NCBI GenBank assembly: GCA_965649825.1
Contig: OZ287701.1
Location: forward strand, 1,105,101 to 1,169,100
DNA from: Penicillus capitatus
Lineage: Eukaryota > Plantae > Chlorophyta
DNA length: 64,000 bases
Direction of reading: 5' to 3'
Shown: positions 23,830 through 35,715 of the stretch, piece after piece
Layout: the number at the start of each line of letters is the position of its first letter
Numbering within the stretch: position 1 is the first letter of the stretch
Made by a program: the position numbers and the translations under genes
Notes under the pieces: generated by a model
Databases searched by the model: none
What the model saw: the letters and a program-made list of their open reading frames with translations, nothing else
Told to the model about the DNA's origin: nothing

Positions 23830-24940
23830 CGAACGGGCAGCATTCCGCGAACGCGCATTGCTCCAACTTTCCGAGCGAACCACAGTGTGGTTTCGGAGCG
23901 AGGTCTGCATGGTCTGCTCCTCTTCGGATTGAGCCTATTCTGGATGACTACACTTTGGGGCCGTCAATCTGCCGATCGTTCAGATGTCAGAGAACACACG
24001 CTTGAGACCATCCGAAACTCCGATTCAAGGACAAGGCGACTGGACAGACGACTACATCTTCAGTATTAAAAGGAATCTGGATCTTCAACTGCTCCACGAG
24101 ACAAGGGAGATGAAGGCCATGGCAGTAATCTTGTATTCTACAACAAACAAGTGTGACGACATCGTGGAACAGCTTAGGACAATGCGAACAGAAGACAATT
24201 CACACATGGAATCCTGCACGCACTACAAAAGGGGACACAAGTGAAGAACATAACGATCTTGGAGGACGAACGCAAAAATCGGTCATTGATGCGCTGGGCG
24301 AATATCCGAACAGTGTCATCGTGTACGACGCGCCGCAGGGAATGGCCCTAAGTGAGGCAAAGGTTCTTGTCAATGTGCTATTAGAGGGAGGATCACTTCC
24401 ATGGGACGGAAGAACGATAAGAACCACAAACAGTTTGCTATTCTTAGTAGTGAGTGGGACATCATCCGATATTGAATGGCGACCGACGAAGCTGCTAGGT
24501 ACAGCGGACACCGAGTATACGAAATGATCGTCGGAGATAGCGAAGACAACGAAACCCATGTCTCGATCGCAAGGGCCCTGCGTCGAAGATTTGAAGACGC
24601 TGTGCCCATCTCCCAAAATGATCATCTGAAGGCACAGGAAAATGAACCGGAGGTGATGATAGAAGAATCTACAGGGAGTCCAAAGCTAACGCTCGAGGAA
24701 AGTGAACGGTCGATGGAAATACCAGAACAAGAAGCAGTGACAGAGATGACACGGAAGATGTCTTCGATCTGCCAGAAGTTGAAGACGCTCTGCTTCAAAC
24801 CGAGTGGCCGCTGTCGTCAACGAGGTACGAGGAAGATCAGGAGTTACAAAAAATGGTACAATCGGAGACATCATTCCCATCTATATATGTCTCTTCGCAG
24901 TCAGATCACACCGCTCAGAGTGGAATAGGAGGAGGTTACG
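23830..24940 (+). pseudogene. Torsin/ClpB-D2-like AAA+ pseudogene, copy 1
   Basis: TM-like N-terminus, PIQGQ, ALGEYPNSVIVYD..VLVNVLLEGGSL..DGRTIRTTNSLLFL, ARALRRRFEDAVPI, broken by several frameshifts. Confidence 0.55.
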
Positions 24941-24944
24941 CTAG

Positions 24945-25885
24945 AGCTGGGTTTTCGAGAACGCGCCTTCAACGTATCAACACAGTCTATACTGACAATG
25001 GGAACATGGAATCTTCAATTGGATGGTGGGAGGGCGGGTTACCGCAACAGTATCATCAGCTGGTATAATCTTTGCCTTGTTCACCGCAGTGACCCTCAAC
25101 AACGTGCCGGAGAAAGAAAGTGCGAAAGAAAGCCAAATGGAATAAGACATGAAGGTTTTCCTCTGAGCAGCTCACGAATTCATCAAATTGATGAATCACA
25201 CCGCAGAAGTAGGAGAGAAACACAAGAAGTGACCGATCGGGAGCGATGACACGTCGTCGAACGATACGGAAGATGAAATAAAGACGTTACACAACATATA
25301 ATCAGTAGGATCAGGCTCATATATGGCAGAGGGAATCTAGATCGGATAGTAGACACTAATGGGAAAGAGCAAGCACCCTTTGAAAGACACCGCGAAAAGG
25401 ATACAAACGGGATATGTCACGACAAGGGTGACGAGAACACACTCTTAATGAAGAGATTAGAAAGAGTGTTTCCAAATGTGTTTTCTGGAAGAGTTTGATG
25501 TGCTAACGAAAAACTATTAAAACTTAGAGTACGCGAAAAGGATCTTGCATGAAATTTTGAACCTAAGTTATGTCGTCGAGAAAATCACTTCTCGGAACTG
25601 TTTGATAAAGAGATATCTGAGGTGATAGATTCATTATTGCAAGAGGAAATTATTCGCGAGTTGGCTTTTTGGAATCAATGCACGCGATAGTAGCATCGTT
25701 GAATTTCGTGCAAAACCCGAATGGAAAGATTCGATCGACGATTGATCATAGAGATGTGAACACGTACCTGAGGGGAACTCAAAACGGGTCAATAGAACCA
25801 GTTGCGAATGTCATTACAAGGATCGACCCTGACTGGACGGTGTCTAACATTGTAGATGTGGTACATGGGTATGGGTCGATTCTAA
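24945..25885 (+). mobile_element. Highly degenerate Gypsy pol (RT N-terminal) remnant
   Basis: LERVFPNVFSG, SLLQEEIIRE, NPNGKIRSTIDHRDVN, IVDVVHGY with multiple stops. Confidence 0.6.
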
Positions 25886-25889
25886 CATA

Positions 25890-26240
25890 ATTGGGTGGGT
25901 CTTACATCCCCTTTTTGCAAAAATTGGAAGAGTCTTCAGCCTCGAGTTAATTCTTATTCGGGCATTCTAGAGACTTATCCCCATTTTCTTCCTTGTTGCT
26001 TTCGTTTGGGTAATAGCCGACAAAAATTCCGAGAGTTGTCGTGTTGCGTGCCAAAGAGTGTTATCGCGTTCTTCAATCTTCTGGGGGTTCTGTCGGAAAT
26101 CAGTTCTGATCTATTGGAAGCGAGTGCTTTCATTGAACAGATAGTCTCGGTTCTCCGTTCTGACACGTGAACTTTGGCGATATGCGAACGATAACGTTTT
26201 TCCGTAAACGGTGAAACAACAGTGAAACTTTTTGTAACAA
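25890..26240 (-). mobile_element. Third, decayed 3' fragment of the same LINE family
   Basis: RDYLFNESTRFQ*IR and TLWHATRQLSEFLSAI align to RDHLLHSCTRFDGIR and SLWNAPSSLAAFLDNI; shares the cttacatcccc(c)tttt 3'-end motif with 21918. Confidence 0.7.
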
Positions 26241-27235
26241 TTGGCAAATGTCTGTTCAGCTCCCCCATTTTATAATCGAACATGACGTCATTTTCTCGTC
26301 ATGCTTCATCCTTCGATCTGGCTTCTCCGCTTCTGTCCTTCAGTATCATGACAGTACGACGGTCCAATGTCAGGTGTCATGGAACGGATGTACAGTCGAA
26401 TTTGAAGTTAACGCGTCGACAAGTTACGCGCAGCTGCGTGACGCTGCGTGCGATTTTTTTCGTCTTAAGCGCGGAGACGTCGCACTCTTGACGGCGCAAG
26501 GGAGATATGGTGTGCGACTGCGGGATCCAATTTCTGTCAACGCGATGGAACTGATTACTCGAGACTGCGTCGAAGACTCGGGACTCGACGCGCCGACAGT
26601 ACCTCTTTATCCATGGGACCGATAAACGTACAGAAGAGTCGTCAATCACTTGGAGTCCTGCACAAATGCGGGTAATGAGCGTCTGTGATTGTTTCTGTCG
26701 TGGATCGACTATACCAACCCTCTAGGAGAGTCTCTTCTCGAGGCCGTGCGCTGCGTGAAAAGATTACCACCTGAACAAGTCAAAACGGGATATTACGCTG
26801 ATAAGGACAAGGCATTCTTCCGAACTCAGACTGATGAACTGCTGAGATAGGGTACCATCAAGTGTGAGTTGAAGAAATTGGTTCCACAAGAGAGCGCTCT
26901 TGAGCCCCTAGCTCAACCGAAGGCCTTGGAGAAGAAACCTACCTACAGAGACGGTCCTTGAAATCGTTGTTCGATTCGGAAGAGCCAGAAAAACGTATAT
27001 TGATGAAAAACTCCTAGCACAAGAAAATGTGACTCGTCTTTTAGTCCAGAAACTCCCTGTCGACTTTGTGTATCATCTGTCGACTGTGGCCATCAATCAG
27101 CTCACTCTCAGTTCATCTACGACAGAGTCTGTGATGTGATGGATTACATTCGATTAAGATCGGGAGAGGTCCGACCGTCGAGGAAACTTGGTGACTACAT
27201 GGATCTCGGATCGATGCAAACGATGTCGATTGCAG

Positions 27236-30200
27236 TGTGAACTCCTCATGGTACGGAACCATGATGTCACATTGGTGACGAGGGATCAGAAAAGATGACA
27301 GTCCGATGCGACAGGCAAAACTGATGGTATGCTGCGATCGAAGCGATAAATACCGACTCCATGATGAATTAGGTGTAAAAACGTTTTGGTCTTTTGAAGA
27401 ATTCACGACGCGGAACCAATGGCCGATGCCAAACGTGCTCGTCCGAATGACATGGTTTCGGAGCGAGGTTCTCAAACGAGAACCTGCCTGGTTTACTCGA
27501 AGTATACTCGAGACATTCACGAGTGGTTGTTTGAATCGCTGGAAATCACTACGGCGGTAGGACATGAACGAGATCGAACCCCAGTCGGCAGCCTCGAATC
27601 TTGTTTTGCCTCAGCTAAAAGCCGTCCGACGCCTGGACGAAAAGGCATGTCACGAAGAGCTTGGAGGTGAAACGGCGTCCGAAGAAACCGCAGTAGACGA
27701 TCTTCGTTGGCAAGTATTAAATAAACGTTTGGCAGCGCTGTTGCCGAAAGATGACTTCGTGGCGCCCGAGGACCAGCTCCGCAGCATGAAACGTGATATA
27801 GCGAAGGAAAACTTGCTTGTCTACGTGGACCGTTTTGTTCGGGTAGCCCAGTCCTTTGTCTCCCAGCAAAAAGTATCGATGGAGAAGGCCGTCCGGATCC
27901 TTTATCATCAATGCCTGAAGAGATACGTCGGGCATTGATCCTGTGGCGCGCCCGGCCACCTCCGGCCGCTGGCGACCAGAGGCGACGGGCCGCTTACTCT
28001 GGGTGATGCGTTTGATGTCACATTCACAGCGGAAGTCGTGTTGCTCGCGTTCCTGGCCTCCTCCTGCGGTCGAGGACGTCGTATGCGTTGCTACGCATAC
28101 GGCGTCCTTGGCCGTATCTTCTTTCCATGCATGCGCGTTACACCTGAATCTGCGCGTCATGCGACTTCTCGGTTCTCAGCGACGGGGCAGTCGTTCCGGG
28201 CACTGTCTTCGGCGTTCGATAGCGGGTCTCCGGAGATGCCTTCTTGCCAAGTCTCAACTCAAGCGACGTCCTCTGTGGGAAGTTGCCCGTGTTACAGTGA
28301 AGTGGCGCCAACTTGGTTGAGGCGTTCTGCGACGGCGCTTTCGGCGGCGACGGCGTTTTCTGGCGGCGGCGACTCAGGAGACAAGGCTCTGGTGGTCAGG
28401 GCAGTGCTCACGGCTTCGGGGCCTCGAAATCGGACAGTTCTGCAGCTTGTTCTTGTCGATTGTGGATTGGTGTGATGCGCGAAGTATTTTTTCAGGTGCG
28501 CGCATTGGGTTTTTATATGTGAGTAGGCCTTCCGGCCAGATTCGGTGGATGTTCAGCGCAGAGGAGTCATGCGCGGCCTCATTAGAGTGAGGCATGTGTT
28601 TTTGCGGCGCAGAGCGCCTCTACTATGTGAGTGTCCCATCAGATTCAATGAGACTCGAGTGAGATCAGTGGGGTTGGCTATGACAGAGTGAGGGACATGG
28701 TTCTGTAAGGATATGGTAAAGAGAATAGGATGATTACTCAGCATGCAGAACGCAGTGTCATGTCACATCACTCACTGTATATAAGGTACTTCGCCGATTC
28801 TCTGTCGTTTCACGCGTCGCGTCGTCGCCACAGCAAAGCACTGAGTCCTCGGCCCGAAGTGCGTTACAGATCCACACCGGAAAAGCCGGACTGAGTTTGA
28901 TACAAATAGAGACGCTGGTGCGAAACAAGCTCGAGGTGCTGGCCATTACGGACGCAGGAGAATACTCGTATCGACAACTGATCGAATACCTCGATGAAGC
29001 TACTTGTCGACAAAAGGCTAATGGCAAACCGGAGACCGCAGTTTGGAGCTGCCACTTGCGGGTGGAGAAACACCGCAGCTATCAAGCGGACAACACCGAC
29101 GGTTGGACATCAATAACCCGAACCATGTGATGATCGCATGGAAACGTTTGATGCGGGTGCCCCGCTTTCGACGAGAGGTGCAGAAATATCTCGCTTCGAA
29201 TTCCTTTGACGCGAGGCCGGCCACCCAACTCAGGGCTTTACAAACCGAAACCGAAGATATTGACGATCCTTTGGAGCCTGAACTGGCCGAAGAAGACGGG
29301 GATGTTCTTTCCAAACCAGGGCTGTATACCATGTACAAGGGTTACCCTCTGGTCTGCTCTCGAATTTCCCCTGTGGAAAAGGCTAGCATGAATGTGCCGA
29401 CCTGCATCGAAGGGACCAATATCAGTGGTTTGGTGGATACTGGCGCCACTGCATGTTTCATTCAAGAGGCTACTGTGAAAGCATTGGGAATCCAGCAGAG
29501 AGTAACACAGTGTGGAAACCTATACGTTTCGCTGGGAAATGGAAGTGCCTTTCCAATTCTGGGACGCATAAACATCGAAGCCCATATAGATGACCATCCA
29601 TATGAGATGGAAGCGTTTGTGATTGGAGGCAAAGGCCCGCCGCTCATCCTGGGATTCCCCTTCTTCGCTACGAATCAACTTCTCATTGATTGCCAAGAAA
29701 AGAGAATCTGGCGCAGAAATGGCGAGGAAATAACATGCACGCAGTCACAGCTAAAGGTCCTTAACCAAACTGATGTGACCCATCTCCTCGAAGAAATGCA
29801 AAGACCTCCAAACTGAGCTCGATGAGCTAAAGGGGCAAAAAACATCCAAGGAGCATCACTGAATCCAGCCCAGTGGTGTTGAGCTTTGAGTTGCTGGAGA
29901 CTCCTCTATACCTCCCATTTCTGAGAAACTGCTATCTGGTACTCCCTTTCAACAGATCGTGGGTGCTGGGTCCAGGGGAATGCCGAAAGCTCATCCTTCC
30001 CGTTAAGTTTATCAAGGGAAGTTTAGGGTCCATCACGGACGCGCTTAATTGCCCAGGAGTCAGGTTTTCTCCACAAAGCAATGGATGTAGGGTCTGGGGA
30101 ATGCTAGAGAATCGAGGACGAATGCCACAACATTTGATGCCTAGGATGCCACTGTGCATCATCCAAACCAATGTGACGCATGTACTGGTTCCAGACAGAG

Positions 30201-33043
30201 GGCAAATTCCGTTGACAGAAAGAGGAATTCCGTTGCCGCTGAGAAGCATTGTTGCGTATGGAGAAGATTTGCAGAATATATTGCGAGAATTCCACGACTT
30301 AACCAGTGGCAATCTTGGGAAATGTGTCGATCATGTGGTGACAGATATCCCATTTCAGCATCGCCTGACAAGACAACAATCATCGCCCTCCATATCACCC
30401 AGCGAAGAGTTGTTAGTTCTAGAAGAAATCAACAAGTTAGTAGAGTTGGGGGTGGTCAGGGAGACGTCCCGTGAGCCATATTTGATCCCGGCGTTCTGTA
30501 TTCCGAAAAAAACTGGAGATGTGCGATTGGTGCTCGATTTTCGAAAGCTGAACTCGTGCGTAGAAGCGCAGCCCTTCCTGGCAGTGAATAGAGAGCATAC
30601 GATCGCTGGGTGCGCCCGTATGTGGTCGGGTCAGCAATCGATTTGCAAAACGCGTATTTCCAAGTAGAGCTGGCCCCTAAGCTGCATCATTGCTTTGGAG
30701 TGTGTTTGCGACGGAAATTCTACGTCTACGAACGACTCCCCTTCGGATACGTCAATTCACCTAGTGAATTCCTAAGAGCATTGAGACCTGCGATTGCAGA
30801 AATGGATGAAGCAGTGCAGAGCCAGGTGGTGGTTTACATGGATGATATTCTTTTGCTCTCGCAATCAGTCAGTGCCAGAACATCTCCGAGATCTACGTCA
30901 AGTACTCCAGATTCTGGAAAAACGGGGATGGCGAGTGCGACCGGATAATTGCTCCTTCATGCAAGAGGTATTTGACTTCTTGGGACACGTTGTGACCCCT
31001 ACAGGTTGGCGTGCAAGTGCCTCAGCAACAGAACGCCTTCAAAAGCTACAGCCTCCCAGAACGCAAACAGAGTGGAGAGCGATAAAGGGATGGTTCCAGC
31101 AACTTGTTCGATTCGTGGTGAACGGTAGAGTGGTGCAAGGAGCGCTACGGAAGGCGAAGAATCGGGAAGGGTGGAGGATTGGCAGACATTTCTGAGTGGA
31201 TTGGAACAACACACAGTGGCATGTACACACGCAAAAGAAACAGCGGACTTTGGCATCGCAGTGGACTCGTCGGGAAGTGGCTGGGGTGCAGTGCTATTGC
31301 AACAAAAGCAAATTATTTGCTGTGCTTCTGGTTTGTGACCACAAGCATTGAAGCATCAGATTTCGAATCACTTGGAAATGGAGGTAGTGGTCAAAGCTCT
31401 TCGCAAGTTTCATCTATGGATCTTTGGAGGGAGAGTGACGGTGTTCAGTGACAACTCTTCGGTGGCCAGCCTCGCAAATGCAGACAAACGAAGTCCTTTC
31501 GTCCGACGACGGCTGGACCAAATCCAGGAGTGTTGCCCACGGTTGCGTTTCTTGCCGGGGCACTCCAATGTGCTGCCAGATCTTCTCTCGAGGCAGAGCG
31601 AGCTATTTCCGGATTCGTCAAGTGGTATAACGGCCGCCACAATGAGAGAGAGGCCATCGGATTTGGCCGGAGCTCACGCGGGGCATTTCGGAGTCGAAAA
31701 GACCTGGGAGATTGCCAAAGAACTAGGATTATCAGTTACACGGGAGGAAGTCAAAGCCTACTGTCGTCAGTGTCGTGTGTGTCAACAATTTCAACCAAAG
31801 ATCAGGACCGTGCCGTTGGGACGGCTGCCCGAAGCCCTCCGTGCTGGAGAACTCATTTCTATTGACTTCGTTGGCCCCCTACGGGCTGCCCGTACGGGGG
31901 TACGTTATGTCTTTACAATGGTCGATCATTTGACGAGGCTGGGAGCGGCTATGGCGTTCAAGCGATCCACGACGGCTTCGGCTCAGAAAGGGGTGGAATG
32001 GTGGTTTCGAGAGAATGGAGCCCCTAAGCGAATTCTGTCAGATCGAGCAAGCTATTTTAGCTCGCCGACCTTCAGCGCGTGGACAGAGGAATGGGGCGCT
32101 CAGAGTATACCGACTGCCCCGTATGCCCATCATTCGAACGAACTTAACGAACGATGGAATCAGACGTTGGTCAATCGTTTGCGCAGAATGTTGCTCGATC
32201 ACCCTGGAAAGACGTGGATCGACGTGCTGCCATTGGCAGTCGACTGTACAAACCAGGCACCGCACAGCATTACCGGATTCGCTCCTTGGTACCTTTGGTC
32301 GGGCATCACTATCGGAGGTCGGCAGGCTACACTCGAAGAGGTGACGAGAGATAGACAGATTTCCGCTTGGATGACCAGAGAAGCTCGAGACAAAGAACTC
32401 GGGGTTTCTGGACGAATAGAACCGTTTCAGCCATCCATCGGAGAGGAAGTATGGGTCTTCGATGCCGTGTGGATGGAAAGGCTCGACGACAAACTGAGTC
32501 CCTTCTGGGTTGGGCCCTTTGTGATCGTCGAACAGTGTTCTCCGCATGTTTGCCGATTGAGACGTATTGGGTCAAGTCAGAAGATCATTTGCCATGTGGA
32601 CAATTTGAGGCCTTATGTATGACACTCTGTCGGGAGAGGGTCATCCAACAGTGAAGCGCTCAGACTGTCTTCCGTTGGTACATCACTGGGTAGAGATCCC
32701 GGGCCCTTGAGGGCTGGCTAATGTGATACGCCTATCGAATCTTCAAGCTGTTGACCACTGCAACGAGCGAAGGAGCTCAGAGTGGAAGCGGAGATCCCTT
32801 CGGACTTTTTGATCGCGCAGAGAAGCGTGTGAACTCCTCATGGTACGGAACCATGATGTCACATTGGTGACGAGGGATCAGAAAGATGACAGTCCGATGC
32901 GACAGGCAAAACTGATGGGATGCTGCGATCGAAGCGATAAATACCGACTCCATGATGAATTAGGTGTAAAAACGTTTTGGTCTTTTGAAGAATTCACGAC
33001 GCGGAACCAATTGCCGATGCCAAACGCGCTCGACCGAATGACA
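27236..33043 (+). mobile_element. Ty3/Gypsy LTR retrotransposon G1 (full structure, frameshifted)
   Basis: LTRs 27236-27452 and 32828-33043 (TG...CA, ~5 differences by eye); PBS TGGTTTCGGAGCGAGG at 27453; PPT before 32828; LVDTGAT protease, YMDD RT, RNase H, HHCC + DDE integrase (31348-32622); flanks GCAG/GCAA. Confidence 0.93.
27942..28868 (+). repeat. 927-bp TG...CA insertion (probable solo LTR) in G1 gag
   Basis: Perfect 5-bp TSD GATCC (27937-27941, 28869-28873); the gag frame MPEEIRRALI|HTGKAG is restored on removal; TATA-like ctgtatataagg near the 3' end. Confidence 0.88.
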
Positions 33044-35715
33044 GCAACCACAGACGAAGACGAAACATGTCGTGTTGTGAGAGATGTGATTGTGAAGGAA
33101 GGCAAGCTACAATTCCCTCTGACACTAAAGACGAAGAATCAAATCATGATTGCGTTCAAAGAATTACTCTCTGAAAATCGCTATTTTGAAGAGAGCCAAC
33201 GTGTAGTTAGAACCGAGGCGGATCGACGCCGGACGCATTTTTCGAAATCCAAAAAAGAGCGCCATGCAAATGTGGACGAAGATGAAGAAGCCATTAACAG
33301 AGCTTATCTCTGCGATGTTGAAAGCAGAAGTGGAACTGAATCCCCGCATGTGTGCAGAAGCTTTCGGTCTAAAAAAGCGTCTATGCACGCGAATCTTAAG
33401 ATGACACGAAAATCAATCCATGCTCTCATAGACACTGGTGCCACAGATTATTTCCTACAAGAGGAATCTATGAGAGCTCTCGGATTGGCCTCAAGCATGC
33501 ACCCTTCAGATAGACACGTCGTCCTGGCCATCGGTGAGCGAGAGAGGATCACGGGATACTTAGATGTACCGGCGAAGCTAGATGGTCGACCTGTCAACTT
33601 CAGCGCTTATATTTTAAGGGCAAAGGCGAAGAAGGGATTATAGAATACAAGTTCCCCGAGACAAACGGCTACCTCGTGGATTGTAGCTCACAAAAAACTG
33701 ATCAAGGTCGGTGAACCAGAAGTGCAATGCTTCAAGGCACACGAGCCTAAGCAAAAAACGGGTCTGGTCTGGATGCGAATCCGGCAAACAGCCAGGCCTA
33801 GTGCGTTTGCTGGAGCCTCTCAAATACATGCCCTTTAAATGAAATTATAGATTAGTGATCCCCTTAATAGGAATTGGATGGTAGGGCCACAAGAAAAGAG
33901 AGCCATCAACATCCAAATCCAATCAAGTAACGTTCAACTGATCGAAGACGCTACCCGACCAAATTACATCGAGTTTCATGCGAAGACCGACGGGAAGCGC
34001 ATCTGGGGTGTGATGACAAACCACTCCAAAACGGCTGTTGCGCTCACACCGAAAAGCGATCTATGCAATATGATAACACATCTGCAATCATAATGATTCC
34101 TGACCGAGGCATCCGAATCATTAAAGACCGAGAGAAGGTGTCGATGTGTCGAAGCACAGCACTCGACGGAGAAAAATGGAAAGAAGAGTTCCCAGAGCTA
34201 TTTGATGAAACTTTAGGTAAATGTCAATATTATATTGTCAACATTATATTGTCAACCATATCCCCCTCAAATGTCCGCTTGACCCGCGCCAGCAACCGAA
34301 ACCGCCTCCAAGAGGAACGGTCCAGGAGCAAGTTCTGCAGAAAATTTGGACCAGTTGATAAAAGATGGTATCGTCAGTGAAGCGACTCAAGAGCCTCTAC
34401 TCATGCCTATTTTCGGCATTCCTAAAAGGAAGGCGGCGATCGAATTGTGGCTGACTTGCGAAGACTCAACAGTTTTGTGAGAAAAGAGCCTTATGCGAAA
34501 ACTTCGAGAACGAATGTCGTGGCAAGCATTCAACCATTTTTTATCGGTTCAAGCTTGGACATTTCCCAGAGCTTACAACCAGATAGAGTTGGGTCAACAG
34601 ATCAGACTGTTTTTCGGTTTCTCTTACCAAAACAAATAGTATGTTTTTAACAACTGCCGTTTGGTTATTCGAATTCCAGCGGGCGCTCGATAAGACCTTG
34701 CGTAATGTCAAAATGCAATCGCAATTAGTAGTGTATGCAGATGACATCTTGGTGCTGAGTTGTTCCGATGAACAGCATGAAGAAAACCTTCAATTGCTCT
34801 TGATGGCTCTGGTCAAAGACGGCCGGAAACTCAATCCCAAGAAGAGTAAATTCGGAAGAACAAGCTTCCAGTATCTGGTCATGGAATTGACAACTGAAGG
34901 GTGGACCCCAGCGTTAGCAGTGCTCGCCCAATGGAAAGACATGAAGCCCCCTCAAGGAATAAAAGAGTGGCGCAAGGTGAAGGGTTAGTGGAATGAAATT
35001 TGCCGATTTGTATGGAAAGGAGCTACTGTTTCGCAAGCATTAAAGTGCGAAAAATATGGTACATCAGAAGACTGGACAGAATTCTTGAAATTACTCGAAC
35101 AGCACCTTGCCAAGACTACTCTACCATCATCAACGAAAGATTACTCGGTTAGTGTGGACGCATCAAGCACTGGATGGGGCGCGTGCCGGCAGCAAGATCA
35201 AGCCATCATAGCGTCACGTCTGGCCTGTGGAATTTGTAGATGCAGAAGCACCGTTCGAACGAACTTGAAGCTGAAGCGCTGCTACAATCGTTACAGCGAT
35301 TTAAGCCGTTCATCTACGGACAGGGGTGGAGTGGCTGATACGGGCACAGAACATCAGATGGTGATTCCATGTACCTGTTGATTAGACACTCTTCTGTCGA
35401 ATCGTCAGACCGTTCGTGTAAGAAGTCGTGATTTGTGTCTTGTCGTCGGGGCGTCGAAGCGATTGCTACGTCATGGGCCCGAGACGGCATTTTACAACAG
35501 GACGTCACCGTCTACACCGAAAACAGTTCTACGTTCAGCCTGGATAATCCAGACAATTGCAGTCCATTTATGTACAGCGTCTTGTGAAACTTCTGGAGTT
35601 CTGTCCCGACATTCGATTCGTCAACGGCCGAAGCAATGTAATCCCAGACTTTCTGTCACAGATGCCTCATTTGAGAACCATGCAAGATGATCCGTACCGC
35701 CTGTTGACAAGGGCA

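Larger units (their letters stand above)
26350..35715 (+). mobile_element. Old Gypsy element G0 (gag-PR-dUTPase-like-RT-RNase H, truncated at the start of integrase), interrupted by G1
   Basis: The gag frame SMQTMSIA|TTDEDE is restored on removing 27236-33043; ALIDTGAT; VADLRRLN; VYADDILV; VDASSTGWG; IPDFLSQ; many stops and frameshifts; no LTRs identified. Confidence 0.75.
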
